Shown: positions 44,820-53,935, counted from the first letter of the stretch. The stretch: 64,000 nucleotides of DNA from Candidatus Aenigmatarchaeota archaeon (GCA_016187335.1 JACPJW010000002.1:1-64000); one strand, 5' to 3'. Translations and numbers: made by a program. Notes: a model not told the origin generated them from the sequence alone.

Positions 44820-46982
44820 CTAAGCTCTCGCCGGCAGCTCGACCCTGCTGATTTCTTCCATGCTGTCAAGATTGTTCGCCTTCACGAATTTGTCTGATAT
44901 CGTGTAAAGCGCATTGCCTATGTACAATGACCTTCTCACCTGATGGCGCGGGTAATAATACTCGCCGTCTTTTTCCTTTTCGTCGTGCGTTACCTTTCCT
45001 TTCAGCACAAAGCCTTTCTCAAGCGTCACGTCAAATACATAGGCGCCCTGCCACGAATATTCATAAGGCTTCTCTGCCAGAAGCGCGGGGATAACAAGCA
45101 GGTTCTTTGCCCTGCTGAACAGGAACGCCTTGTGGTCTCTCAGGGCTTCGGAATCCGTCCCCCTTTCGCCTATTTCGAATTTCGCCAGCTCTTTCGGGTT
45201 TGAAACATCGCTTACGTCGAACAGCGATATTTTCAGCCCCTTGAATACAGCCCTCTTCTCATCTTCTGTTGCCCTGCCCACTCCAATGATATGGTTCTCA
45301 TCGTAAGGGTGCAGGTAATCGGACACGCCGGGAATCTTAAGCTCGCCCAGCGCTCGCGGGTTCGCGGGATCCTTCAGGTCTATCACGAAAAGCGGGTCTG
45401 TCCTGACAAAAGTCACAAGATAAGCGCGGTCGCCCATGAAGCGCGCTGAAAATATCCTTTCGCCCGGCGCAAGGTCTTCTACCCTGCCTGCAATTTTCAT
45501 GTCGCTGTCAAGGACGTAAACATTGTTCAGGGTTGAAGACCGCGGCCTTTGCGGCGGTGGCTGCGAAGGAGGTGAAGACGCTGAAGTCTCAACTGTCACC
45601 ACCGGTACCGCGGGTTTTTCTATAGCTCCAGATGCCTGCGCAATTCTTGATCCGGCATTCACATCAGCTGCTGCAATTTCGACTGAGGCACCGCCAAAGC
45701 CAGGGTTTGTCGTCGTTGCTATCCTGAAATAGCCTTTGTATTCGTCCATCGAGAACTGGTTCAGCGGCTGTCCTGGGACTTCTCCGTTGGTTTTGTATTC
45801 TATCTTCCCGCCGCTTATCGCTATTTTATGTACTACACTCTTGTCCATTTCTTTTGCAATTTCCCCCTGTATTTCCGCATATTTTTCCTCCATTCTCTTC
45901 ATGATACGCGCGGCTTCCTCGGGGTTCAGTGACTCAAGCCACTCGCGCAGCGTTTTTTCGGTTTCGGATATTTTTTGGTAGTAAGGCTTTTCCGAATTTC
46001 TTATTTCCCTTATCCTGCCGGCAGTTTCATCAGGCACCCTAGGGATTATCACATCGTCGATAAGCCGCTCAATTGCATAGGAATCTTTCACGTGTTTCTG
46101 GTAAACCATGTATATGTTGCTATCAGAAACGTAGAGCGTGCCCGAGCGTCCTAAAAGGAAAACCTTGTTTTCCTCGTTTTTTGAATCGTCTCTAACGTTA
46201 AACGAAGCTATGTTCGTGAACTGGTACGACCTGTCGGGGAAGTCAAAATAGTGGATATCGGGAAAGTCTTTTCCGCCAGATGAGAACGGCAGCACTACTT
46301 CGTCGCCGTTATAGAATGCCGGCGCTGTTATTATGGCATAAACATAATCGCCTATCATGCGCGAGCTGAAGTAGGTCCCGTTGAAATTAAGGTTTCTTTT
46401 AAGGACGGGGCTCGATTTGTCCGAAACGTCATAAACATGCAGGAACGTGGCCGCGAAATAAGGCCTGGCAATAACAGGGGATTCTTTTCTTCCGAACACG
46501 ACAAGCTTATCTCCGTTTATGTAAATTTCCTGGACGTTGCTGTCTGTAAAGTTTACGTAAGAAAGGAGCTTCGCGCTTTCCGGCGGGTAAGCATCTATAA
46601 TCGCAATGCCGTTTTCAGCGGCTGCGTAAATGTATTTCCCGTCGCTTTTTACAATATCCGCTTCGTCAACGCCGGCAACCTGGATGTTTGTCGTGGAGTA
46701 ATCATCTGAGCGCTGCGTTGTTTCCGCTTTCATTTCTGATCCGGCTGCTGCCATAACAGCTTCCGTTGAAACAAACCCGTATTCTTCTGCATTGGCCTTG
46801 AGGAAATTTTTCAGCTCTTCCGGAGATGAGAACTTCTTTAATTCTGACTGCGAAGTGCCTTGTTTTGCTACTGCGAATAAAACAACCGCTGCTGCCAAAA
46901 AAGCAATCAAAGCAAGGTAAACCAGCGACTGTGACTCTCCTTTGTGCCTATGAACTCTTCTGTTGTAATTTTCTCCGGACAT
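44820..46982 (-). CDS. Secreted beta-propeller domain protein (COG4880-like)
   Basis: YSTTNIQVAGVDEADIVKSDG, LNQFSMDE, SARFMGDRAYLVTF..TDPLFVIDL, GELKIPG.S.YLHPY. Confidence 0.92.
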   Translation of the reverse strand: MSGENYNRRVHRHKGESQSLVYLALIAFLAAAVVLFAVAKQGTSQSELKKFSSPEELKNFLKANAEEYGFVSTEAVMAAAGSEMKAETTQRSDDYSTTNIQVAGVDEADIVKSDGKYIYAAAENGIAIIDAYPPESAKLLSYVNFTDSNVQEIYINGDKLVVFGRKESPVIARPYFAATFLHVYDVSDKSSPVLKRNLNFNGTYFSSRMIGDYVYAIITAPAFYNGDEVVLPFSSGGKDFPDIHYFDFPDRSYQFTNIASFNVRDDSKNEENKVFLLGRSGTLYVSDSNIYMVYQKHVKDSYAIERLIDDVIIPRVPDETAGRIREIRNSEKPYYQKISETEKTLREWLESLNPEEAARIMKRMEEKYAEIQGEIAKEMDKSVVHKIAISGGKIEYKTNGEVPGQPLNQFSMDEYKGYFRIATTTNPGFGGASVEIAAADVNAGSRIAQASGAIEKPAVPVVTVETSASSPPSQPPPQRPRSSTLNNVYVLDSDMKIAGRVEDLAPGERIFSARFMGDRAYLVTFVRTDPLFVIDLKDPANPRALGELKIPGVSDYLHPYDENHIIGVGRATEDEKRAVFKGLKISLFDVSDVSNPKELAKFEIGERGTDSEALRDHKAFLFSRAKNLLVIPALLAEKPYEYSWQGAYVFDVTLEKGFVLKGKVTHDEKEKDGEYYYPRHQVRRSLYIGNALYTISDKFVKANNLDSMEEISRVELPARA

Positions 46983-47008
46983 GAATACATTAATGAGCTC
47001 TATTTTAT

Positions 47009-47557
47009 TTATATTGTCTGATTTGTTAGGGTCTTTGCCCTAAGATTTCTGATTGCCACATACGTTATGCCGGTTATGCCGATAAAAGTGAGAACCAGAC
47101 CTAGGATGGCATCAGGATTCATTGGTTCAGGCGCAGGAGGCTCGGCAGGCGCGGATTGCTCCGCGGGCGAGACTTTTTGCGCAGCGGTGGCCGATTCCTG
47201 CGCACCGGTAACCGCGTCCATTGCCATGAAAACGTCCTGCGATGATGTGTAAAGATACGTTCCTGCAGCGGCTATGAGGAAGAACATGGAAAACATCACA
47301 GCCCAGGAATAATTCGGCTTCAGCAAGCTTTCGCCCTTTTGTGTCAGCTTGTAGTAAACCCATTTATTCCCTTCCTGCCTGTAAACTAAACCGGATTTTT
47401 CCAAGACTCCCAGATGCTCTGCTACCGTCGTGACGTGCTTGTCAAGTATCTTCGAAAGCTCAGAAGCCGTGTAAGGCCTTCTGGCTATGTGCTTTATGAT
47501 TTCCTGCCTTGTCGATGTATTCAGAGCTTTCAGCGTTACAGAGTCCATTATTTCCAT
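47009..47557 (-). CDS. ArsR-like HTH regulator with two TM helices
   Basis: LKALNTSTRQEII...TTVAEHLGVLEKSGLV...WVYYKLT, followed by two hydrophobic segments. Confidence 0.85.
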   Translation of the reverse strand: MEIMDSVTLKALNTSTRQEIIKHIARRPYTASELSKILDKHVTTVAEHLGVLEKSGLVYRQEGNKWVYYKLTQKGESLLKPNYSWAVMFSMFFLIAAAGTYLYTSSQDVFMAMDAVTGAQESATAAQKVSPAEQSAPAEPPAPEPMNPDAILGLVLTFIGITGITYVAIRNLRAKTLTNQTI

Positions 47558-47642
47558 AATAGAAATCTTCAGGTGATAGTTATTAAATGTTACGTTTTGT
47601 TAGGGTGGTAAAAAATTTATCCTTTGCGCAACAGTTATATTC

Positions 47643-48341
47643 ATGCCCCAATTCTCTTTGGTGGTTCTGGAAAGCAGAAAGGAAGCAGCAGACACCATGG
47701 CGATAAAGTTTGAAAAGCCGCAGATAGATTACAAGCCCGGCCAGTACATGCTTTACGAGCTGCCTGTGCAGGACCCGGAAGGCCCGACGCGTTCCTTCTC
47801 GCTTGCCTCGTCGCCCACCGAAAGCTTCCTGATGCTTACAACAAAACTTACAGGAAGCGTATTCAAGAGCAAGCTGGCGCAGATGAAAAAAGGCGACACC
47901 ATAAATGCAAGCGGACCTTCAGGACGCTTTGTTCTGCAGGACTCGCCAAAACATCTTTTCATCGCCGGCGGCATCGGGATAACGCCGTTCCGCTCCATGA
48001 TAAAGTACGCTGTTGACACAGAACTGCAAGAAAAGATAACGCTGCTTTATTCAAACAAAGTTCCGGAGGAGATAGCTTTTTTCGATGAGCTTGATAAATG
48101 GCAGAATCAGAACAGATTCTTGCGCGTTGTCCACACGATAACTAAGCCCGAGGAAAGCGAGGAGCAATGGAACGGACGAGTTGGCAGGATTGATGCCGCA
48201 CTGATAAAAGAGCATCTGGACGCTGAAACTATTGTTTACGTATGCGGACCGCCGGGGATGGTTGACGCCATGGTTGCCGTGCTCAAGGACATAGGCGTGC
48301 CTGAGAAAAGAATCAAGGCCGAAAGATTTGAGGGGTACTGA
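47643..48341 (+). CDS. FAD/NAD(P)-binding oxidoreductase (FNR family)
   Basis: YKPGQY, RSFSLASSP, GPSGRF, IAGGIGITPFRSM, YVCGPPGM. Confidence 0.93.
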   Translation: MPQFSLVVLESRKEAADTMAIKFEKPQIDYKPGQYMLYELPVQDPEGPTRSFSLASSPTESFLMLTTKLTGSVFKSKLAQMKKGDTINASGPSGRFVLQDSPKHLFIAGGIGITPFRSMIKYAVDTELQEKITLLYSNKVPEEIAFFDELDKWQNQNRFLRVVHTITKPEESEEQWNGRVGRIDAALIKEHLDAETIVYVCGPPGMVDAMVAVLKDIGVPEKRIKAERFEGY

Positions 48342-48390
48342 TATAATTTTAAAAGGCTTCATGCTTCGGATATTGTAAAGTGATTATAAC

Positions 48391-48582
48391 TTGCACTGGT
48401 TAAAACCTGGTTATGAACTTAGGGAGGGAGATTGGGCAATTACTAGAGATGGTCATGTACTGGTTGTTGAAAGATTCGTCATTACCCCGAAAAGAGGAAC
48501 GGTAGAATGCACCATTTACCCGAAAAACGAACTTCCTTACTGGCCTGATGAAATCGCTGTTTATATAAGGGTACGCGGCTGA
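48391..48582 (+). CDS. Hypothetical small protein
   Basis: 63 aa ORF with a non-ATG start. Confidence 0.4.
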   Translation: MHWLKPGYELREGDWAITRDGHVLVVERFVITPKRGTVECTIYPKNELPYWPDEIAVYIRVRG

Positions 48583-48625
48583 CGAATCATTTAATAATCA
48601 ATCATTCATAATAGAATTGATAATC

Positions 48626-48844
48626 ATGTTCGGCTTCTTGGAAAAGATAAAGCGCTTGTTCAGGAAAAAGGAAGAGCCTCAGCAGCCGCAGCAACCTGTC
48701 GAGATAAAAGAAGTGAAAGAACCTCAAAAGGAGCAACAAAAACAGAGGAAAGACCCCGACCGCCCGGAAAAGAACTGCCCCCACTGCGGCGCGCCGAATG
48801 ACACCTTCGTGCATGTCTGCTGGCTCTGCAAGAAGGATATATGA
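48626..48844 (+). CDS. Small protein with C-terminal Zn finger
   Basis: CPHCGAPN...CWLC. Confidence 0.7.
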   Translation: MFGFLEKIKRLFRKKEEPQQPQQPVEIKEVKEPQKEQQKQRKDPDRPEKNCPHCGAPNDTFVHVCWLCKKDI

Positions 48845-49076
48845 CACAAATTATTTCTGCGCGGCTTTTTCCTCAACCAAGACGGCGTTTAATACCACGT
48901 TCTGCTCGGAACTGGCAGCATCTTTCTGACAAGCATTTATCATTTAACGCTTTTATTTGTAGGCGTTGATGGGTCGTTGATATGCCGTTGATATTGTATT
49001 TATTGAGAGCGGTAGAAAATATTCTGAATCTAACACACTGCGATATTTTTATAAACATTACGCTACAGCTCTTATC

Positions 49077-50132
49077 ATGGTTCTCGAGGTTATAAAAGCT
49101 GTTCCTTACGGAGATTGGATTCTTGCAGCGGCGATAGTGGCTGTTTTTGTTGTCGCATCAAAGCTATTTGTGATATTTCTTGAGCGTGTAGTGCTCCGCA
49201 TCACTTCAAAGACAAAAACGGCATTGGACGACGCGATATTGAAAGCCGTGAAGAAGCCCCTGTACATCGGGATAATTCTTGCCGGCGTTTTTCTTGCCAT
49301 CGATTCGCTAAATTATGTCGATATTTATCTGGACGCCATAAAGGCGGGGTTCACCGTCATATGGGTACTTCTCGGCGCGTACACAGCAAGCAGGGTGCTA
49401 AAAGCTTTCTTCTCTTGGTACGCTACGGAAATAGCGCAAAAAACCAAAACGAAATTAGACGAAACAATGATGCCCATAATAAGGAAGATATTGAACGTGT
49501 TCATCTACGCCATTGCCTTGATGATAATACTCAAAGGTTTCGGCGTAGAGATCACGCCATTAGTCGCAGGTCTCGGCATAGGCGGCTTGGCCATTGCGCT
49601 CGCCCTGCAGGATTCTTTGGCGAACCTGTTTTCAGGCGCGTTCATGGTCTCGGACAAGATAATAAAAGCCGGGGATTTCATAGAGCTCGAGGGCGGGATT
49701 AAGGGCTTTGTCGAAGAAATAGGCTGGAGAACCACAAAGGTAAGGACGCTCCCCAACAACCTTGTCATAATACCAAACTCAAAAATTGCAAACAGTACTA
49801 TAACAGACTACAGTGCTCCGATAGAGGAGATGTCTGTTGTAGTTCCAGTGGGGGTCGCCTACGATTCCGATTTAGGAAAGGTGGAAAAGATGACTATAGA
49901 GGTTGCAAAAGACACATTAAAAAATGTTGCGGGCGGCAAGAAGGATTTCGAGCCTTTCATACGCTACAATGCATTCGGCGATTCCAACATAAACTTTTCT
50001 GTTATACTGAGGGTGGAGAAGTTTGTCGACCAGTACCTTGTGGTGCACGAATTCATAAAGGCCCTGAAGAAGAGATACGACGAGGAGGAAATAGAGATAT
50101 CGTTCCCTGTGAGGAAGATTGTGCAAAAGTAG
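49077..50132 (+). CDS. mscS: Small-conductance mechanosensitive channel
   Basis: AGLGIGGLAIALALQD, GDFIEL, IGWRTT, IPNSKI, ISFP. Confidence 0.94.
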   Translation: MVLEVIKAVPYGDWILAAAIVAVFVVASKLFVIFLERVVLRITSKTKTALDDAILKAVKKPLYIGIILAGVFLAIDSLNYVDIYLDAIKAGFTVIWVLLGAYTASRVLKAFFSWYATEIAQKTKTKLDETMMPIIRKILNVFIYAIALMIILKGFGVEITPLVAGLGIGGLAIALALQDSLANLFSGAFMVSDKIIKAGDFIELEGGIKGFVEEIGWRTTKVRTLPNNLVIIPNSKIANSTITDYSAPIEEMSVVVPVGVAYDSDLGKVEKMTIEVAKDTLKNVAGGKKDFEPFIRYNAFGDSNINFSVILRVEKFVDQYLVVHEFIKALKKRYDEEEIEISFPVRKIVQK

Positions 50133-50217
50133 AGTTTGTTTAAGTTATTTCTCTTTTTAGTATTACGCAAAGCGTCCGCTTCAATCTCAGTCCGCAAAAC
50201 CTCGGCTTGACTTCTTT

Positions 50218-51873
50218 CTACACACTTGTGTTTTTCCTGAGCTCGAACCACATGAAGCGGTGGCCGGTCAGCGTAAAGGAGTAAGGCTCTTTCTTAATAG
50301 CTGGAAAATTGGTGTTGCCGAACATCTCAACCGGAATCATGCCGGCGTATTGGCCAAGATTTAGCTCAAAATACTGAGCGTGCCTTGACAGGTTAAAGAT
50401 GCATAAAATTCTTTCATCATCGTATTCTCTTATGAACGCCAGTATTTTTGTGTTGGAAGGCTTCAGGATTTCTATATAGCCCCTACCAAATGCTTTTTTT
50501 TGCTTGCGGATTCCGATGACATTTTTCATCCAGTTCAGAAGCGAGTAAGGAAGCCTTTTTTCGGCGTACACATTTATTGCTTCATAATGATAATTTGGGT
50601 TTGTGATAACAGGCAAATAAAGCTGTTCTGAGTCGGCGGAAGAGAACCCTGCATTCTTGTCAGGTGACCACTGCATGGGAGTTCTGACGCCATTGCGGTC
50701 TCCCAGAAAGATGTTGTCACCCATGCCAAGCTCGTCGCCGTAATAAATTAATGGACTTCCAGGCAGGGAAAACAACAAGCCATAAAGCAGCTCAATTCTA
50801 AGGCGGTCGTTGTCAGCCAGCGGCGCAAGCCTTCTTCTGATGCCGAGGTTGAACCGCATCTTTGGGTGCTTTGCGTATTCGCGCCACATTACGTCCCTTT
50901 CCTCGTCGTTAGTCATCTCTAATGTGAGTTCATCGTGGTTTCTTAGAAATATGGCCCACTGGCAGGCTTCCGGTATGCTCTTTGTCTGGTTAATGATATC
51001 CGCTACGGGCTGATAGTGCTCTTTTGCAAGAGCAATAAATATCCTTGGCATGAGCGGAAAGTTAAACAGCATATGAAATTCGTCGCCGTTGCCGAAATAA
51101 GAAATGGCTTCCGTGGGCCATTGGTTTACCTCTGCAAGAAGTATTCTACCAGGATATTCCTCATCAAGCATTTTCCGGCCTTCTCTGAAGAATAAGTGCG
51201 TTTCAGGCAGGTTTTCGCTGCTTGTGCCGTCCCTGTCAAAAATGTAAGGCACTGCATCACACCTGAACCCGTCAATTCCCGTATCAAGCCAGAAGCGCAT
51301 CACATTTTTCATCTCTTCCCTTACTTCCGGATTATCGTAGTTCAGGTCAGGCTGGTAACCATAGAATCTGTGCCAGTAATACGCCTTGGCTTCGTCGTCC
51401 CACGCCCAGTTGGACTTTTCCGTATCGCTAAAAATAATCCTTGCCGAAATGTTCTTTTTGTTGGTGTCAGACCAGATGAACCAGCTCTTTTTCTGCGACT
51501 CTGGATGGCTGCGCGCTTCTTTGAACCACGAATGCTCACTCGATACGTGATTGAAGACAAGGTCTACAATTACTTTGATCCCTCTCTTGTGAGCCTCGTG
51601 GACAAACACTCTGAAGTCTTCTATTGTGCCAAGATCGGGATGGATGCTGTAGAAGTCGGAAACGTCATAGCCGTCATCCTTGAGCGGGGATGGGTAGAAC
51701 GGGAGTAGCCATATGCAATCTACATCCAGCCACTGGAGATAGTCCAGCTTCGTAGTAAGCCCTTTGAAATCCCCTACGCCATCACCATTGCTGTCACAAA
51801 ATGTTCTTACATGCAGCTCGTAGAATACAACATCCTTGTACCAAAAGTTGTCGCTTTTGTTGCCGGCTTCCAT
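50218..51873 (-). CDS. treS: Trehalose synthase / maltose alpha-D-glucosyltransferase (GH13)
   Basis: WYKDVVFYELHV, DGFRCDAVPY, LAEVNQWP, FLRNHDELTLEM, GDRNGVRTPMQW. Confidence 0.95.
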   Translation of the reverse strand: MEAGNKSDNFWYKDVVFYELHVRTFCDSNGDGVGDFKGLTTKLDYLQWLDVDCIWLLPFYPSPLKDDGYDVSDFYSIHPDLGTIEDFRVFVHEAHKRGIKVIVDLVFNHVSSEHSWFKEARSHPESQKKSWFIWSDTNKKNISARIIFSDTEKSNWAWDDEAKAYYWHRFYGYQPDLNYDNPEVREEMKNVMRFWLDTGIDGFRCDAVPYIFDRDGTSSENLPETHLFFREGRKMLDEEYPGRILLAEVNQWPTEAISYFGNGDEFHMLFNFPLMPRIFIALAKEHYQPVADIINQTKSIPEACQWAIFLRNHDELTLEMTNDEERDVMWREYAKHPKMRFNLGIRRRLAPLADNDRLRIELLYGLLFSLPGSPLIYYGDELGMGDNIFLGDRNGVRTPMQWSPDKNAGFSSADSEQLYLPVITNPNYHYEAINVYAEKRLPYSLLNWMKNVIGIRKQKKAFGRGYIEILKPSNTKILAFIREYDDERILCIFNLSRHAQYFELNLGQYAGMIPVEMFGNTNFPAIKKEPYSFTLTGHRFMWFELRKNTSV

Positions 51874-51971
51874 GAATTACATACATCAGCTTGTTGCTTA
51901 AGAAGTTAATGCTACTGTATGAGGATAGAATTATTTATGACCTTCCACATGCGCCTACACTTCTTCTGTTT

Positions 51972-52367
51972 TTAACCCTTTTGACTATCCTTTTCCTCTA
52001 CTATCACCGCGTTGACGACGCCGTGCTGCCCGGGCCTTGAAGTTACCCTGGCTTTGCCAAGCTCCGTCTGCACGACTGCTCCCTTTGTTATGATATTGCG
52101 CCTCACGAACTGGGAATCCGCCTTGTTTTCAACAACGCTCGTTATCTTCACTTTTTGCGCCTTGCCTTTAACAACGATATTAGCAACATTGGAACTCAGC
52201 GCCATGATTTTCTCGTTGCCTCCCATGGAGCGGATTTTCCTTTTCTTGTATTCTCCTACGTGGGCAGGGACGAAATCGCGGCCGCGCTGGTACCGCTTTT
52301 TCTTTGCGTGCCTTTTCAGCAGGCCGCCTGTTTTCTTCCTGTTGCTTCTTAATTGCCATTGCGTCAT
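51972..52367 (-). CDS. rps8e: 30S ribosomal protein S8e
   Basis: QWQLRSNRKKTGG, RRNIITKGA, VTSRPGQHGVVNA. Confidence 0.97.
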   Translation of the reverse strand: MTQWQLRSNRKKTGGLLKRHAKKKRYQRGRDFVPAHVGEYKKRKIRSMGGNEKIMALSSNVANIVVKGKAQKVKITSVVENKADSQFVRRNIITKGAVVQTELGKARVTSRPGQHGVVNAVIVEEKDSQKG

Positions 52368-52391
52368 TTTGAAAACCTCTGTTTTTCGAAA

Positions 52392-52491
52392 GAAGTGTCA
52401 TTCTAATGAACACTTCATGATTAATCACTCCTGTCAAAACGGAGCGGAAAGTTGTTTCAGAAAAGATCCGGGCTTTTCTTTCCGTTTTTGA
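52392..52491. repeat. Hairpin-rich segment upstream of S8e
   Basis: GAAGTGT/ACACTTC hairpin; TCAAAACGGA...TCCGTTTTTGA enclosing GAAAAG/CTTTTC. Confidence 0.55.
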
Positions 52492-52581
52492 TATAGAGTC
52501 GTCTCCATGTCTTTCTTTCGCAAACTTATTTAAACATACTTACATCTATAAACGTATCTTTTATGGAGGTTTTAGGATTTT

Positions 52582-52809
52582 ATGGAAAGACCGATAGACG
52601 TTCTTAACAACGCGAAAGGCAAGAGGGTTCTGATAAAGCTGAAGAAAGGAACGGAAATCTCAGGCATCCTGCATGCAATGGACCTGCATCTCAACATGTG
52701 GCTTGAGGACGCCGAGCAGGTAAGCGAGGAAAAGAAAGTGAAGCTGGGGACCCTTCTGGTGCGCGGAGACAACATAATTTATGTTTCTCCGGCCGAGAAA
52801 GCGGATTAA
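52582..52809 (+). CDS. Sm-like archaeal protein (SmAP/Lsm)
   Basis: RPIDVL, GILHAMDLHLNMWLEDA, LLVRGDNI; upstream of L37e. Confidence 0.95.
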   Translation: MERPIDVLNNAKGKRVLIKLKKGTEISGILHAMDLHLNMWLEDAEQVSEEKKVKLGTLLVRGDNIIYVSPAEKAD

Positions 52810-52918
52810 GAAAAACGAAAAGACAAAGCCGTTTGATTGAAAGACGAAACCTGAGTCTTTGTTTCCGCTTTAGTGAAAGGGAAATGCACGCTCACATGCA
52901 GTTTTCAGAGTGATAAAA

Positions 52919-53164
52919 ATGAAAGGCACGCGCAGCTTCGGCAAGCACAACAAGATTGTTCACATACGATGCCGAAGGTGCGGCCGCCATTCCTTCCACG
53001 AGCGCCTCGGCAAGTGCAGCGCGTGCGGATACCCGCGGGCAAAGATAAGAAAGGAAGCATGGCGCTGGAAGCCTGTGAACCGCGCAGCCCGCCGCTTCAT
53101 TAAGCCGAAGCACCAGAAGCCGAAGACGAAATACATTGGCAGGCAGACAGCGAAGATAAGATAA
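52919..53164 (+). CDS. rpl37e: 50S ribosomal protein L37e
   Basis: KGTRSFGK...HIRCRRCGRHSF...CSACGY. Confidence 0.95.
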   Translation: MKGTRSFGKHNKIVHIRCRRCGRHSFHERLGKCSACGYPRAKIRKEAWRWKPVNRAARRFIKPKHQKPKTKYIGRQTAKIR

Positions 53165-53166
53165 AT

Positions 53167-53361
53167 ATGCCAAAACTGTCCAGGATCGACAAGCTTGTTC
53201 TGAAGGCAGGAAAGCAGAGGAAGAAAGCGGGAAGATTCTGTCCCGTCTGCAAGGGCACTGACGTTGTGCTTGACGCAAGGATGGAAATGATCTGGTATCG
53301 GTGCCGTAAATGCTCACACAGCGCCGCGTCGTTCCCGGAGAAAGCCGTTAATTTTGGTTAA
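53167..53361 (+). CDS. Small Zn-ribbon protein
   Basis: CPVC and CRKC motifs; 64 aa; starts 2 nt after L37e. Confidence 0.7.
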   Translation: MPKLSRIDKLVLKAGKQRKKAGRFCPVCKGTDVVLDARMEMIWYRCRKCSHSAASFPEKAVNFG

Positions 53362-53380
53362 ACTTTTTGGAAAAGTTTAA
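53352..53380. repeat. Family A element
   Basis: TTTTGG-TTAAACTTTT-TGG-AAAAGTTTAA; overlaps the TAA stop at 53359-53361. Confidence 0.88.
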
Positions 53381-53409
53381 TTTATAAGCCGGCGCGACAA
53401 GGGATAATC

Positions 53410-53595
53410 ATGAACCCGTCAACCCTGGAGAAATTAAGCGCCCTGTCGTTCCTGCTTATCGGCATTTCTTTGCTTTTGTTCGCCATGACGCTGGTAGGCG
53501 TAAACACGCAGTTTTTGGGGATTGCAATGGTCGTTTCGGGCATAGTTGCTGTCATAACAGGCGCGTTTTTGTGGCTTGACAGCAGGAAGCAGTAG
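53410..53595 (+). CDS. Small two-TM membrane protein
   Basis: 61 aa, two hydrophobic helices. Confidence 0.7.
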   Translation: MNPSTLEKLSALSFLLIGISLLLFAMTLVGVNTQFLGIAMVVSGIVAVITGAFLWLDSRKQ

Positions 53596-53630
53596 ACCCT
53601 TTGCAACTTTTCAGAAAAGTTGCATCAAAA
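53595..53630. repeat. Hybrid family A/B element
   Basis: GACCCTTTGCAACTTTTCAGAAAAGTTGCATCAAAA; the first 11 nt equal 53753-53763 in the tRNA-Lys intron; begins at the G of a TAG stop. Confidence 0.85.
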
Positions 53631-53735
53631 TGGAGAAAGCGTCTGCGGAAAGAAAATACATTAAAAATCATGTACGGAAACTTCGTTTTCTGGGCAAAGA
53701 ACATTTAAAAGATATTACACTGATTATTTCTGCAC

Positions 53736-53935
53736 GGGCCTGTAGCTCAGATGACCCTTTGCACCCTTTTTAGAAAAAAGCGTGCACGGAAAAGGGAGGG
53801 TCAGAGAAACCTGGTAGAGTAGCGGCCTCTTAATATGGCGAAAGCCTTTAAGGGAAAGGAGTTAACCTAAGAGGAAAACCGTAGGTTGTCTCTCTGGTAA
53901 GCCGCCTGTCGCGGGTTCGAATCCCGTCGGGCCCA
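53736..53935 (+). tRNA. tRNA-Lys: tRNA-Lys(CTT) with two introns: D-loop about 15/16 (53751-53809) and 37/38 (53833-53899)
   Basis: GGGCCTG/CGGGCCC, GCTC-AG[i]CCTGGTA-GAGT, GCGGC-CTCTTA[i]A-GCCGC, GCGGG-TTCGAAT-CCCGT. Confidence 0.85.

Noticed and set aside
53894-53900. Alternative anticodon loop CT-GGT-AA giving tRNA-Thr(GGT)
   Set aside because: No BHB can be drawn for the needed splice site, and the acceptor stem is G2-C71 (Lys-like) rather than the Thr C2-G71
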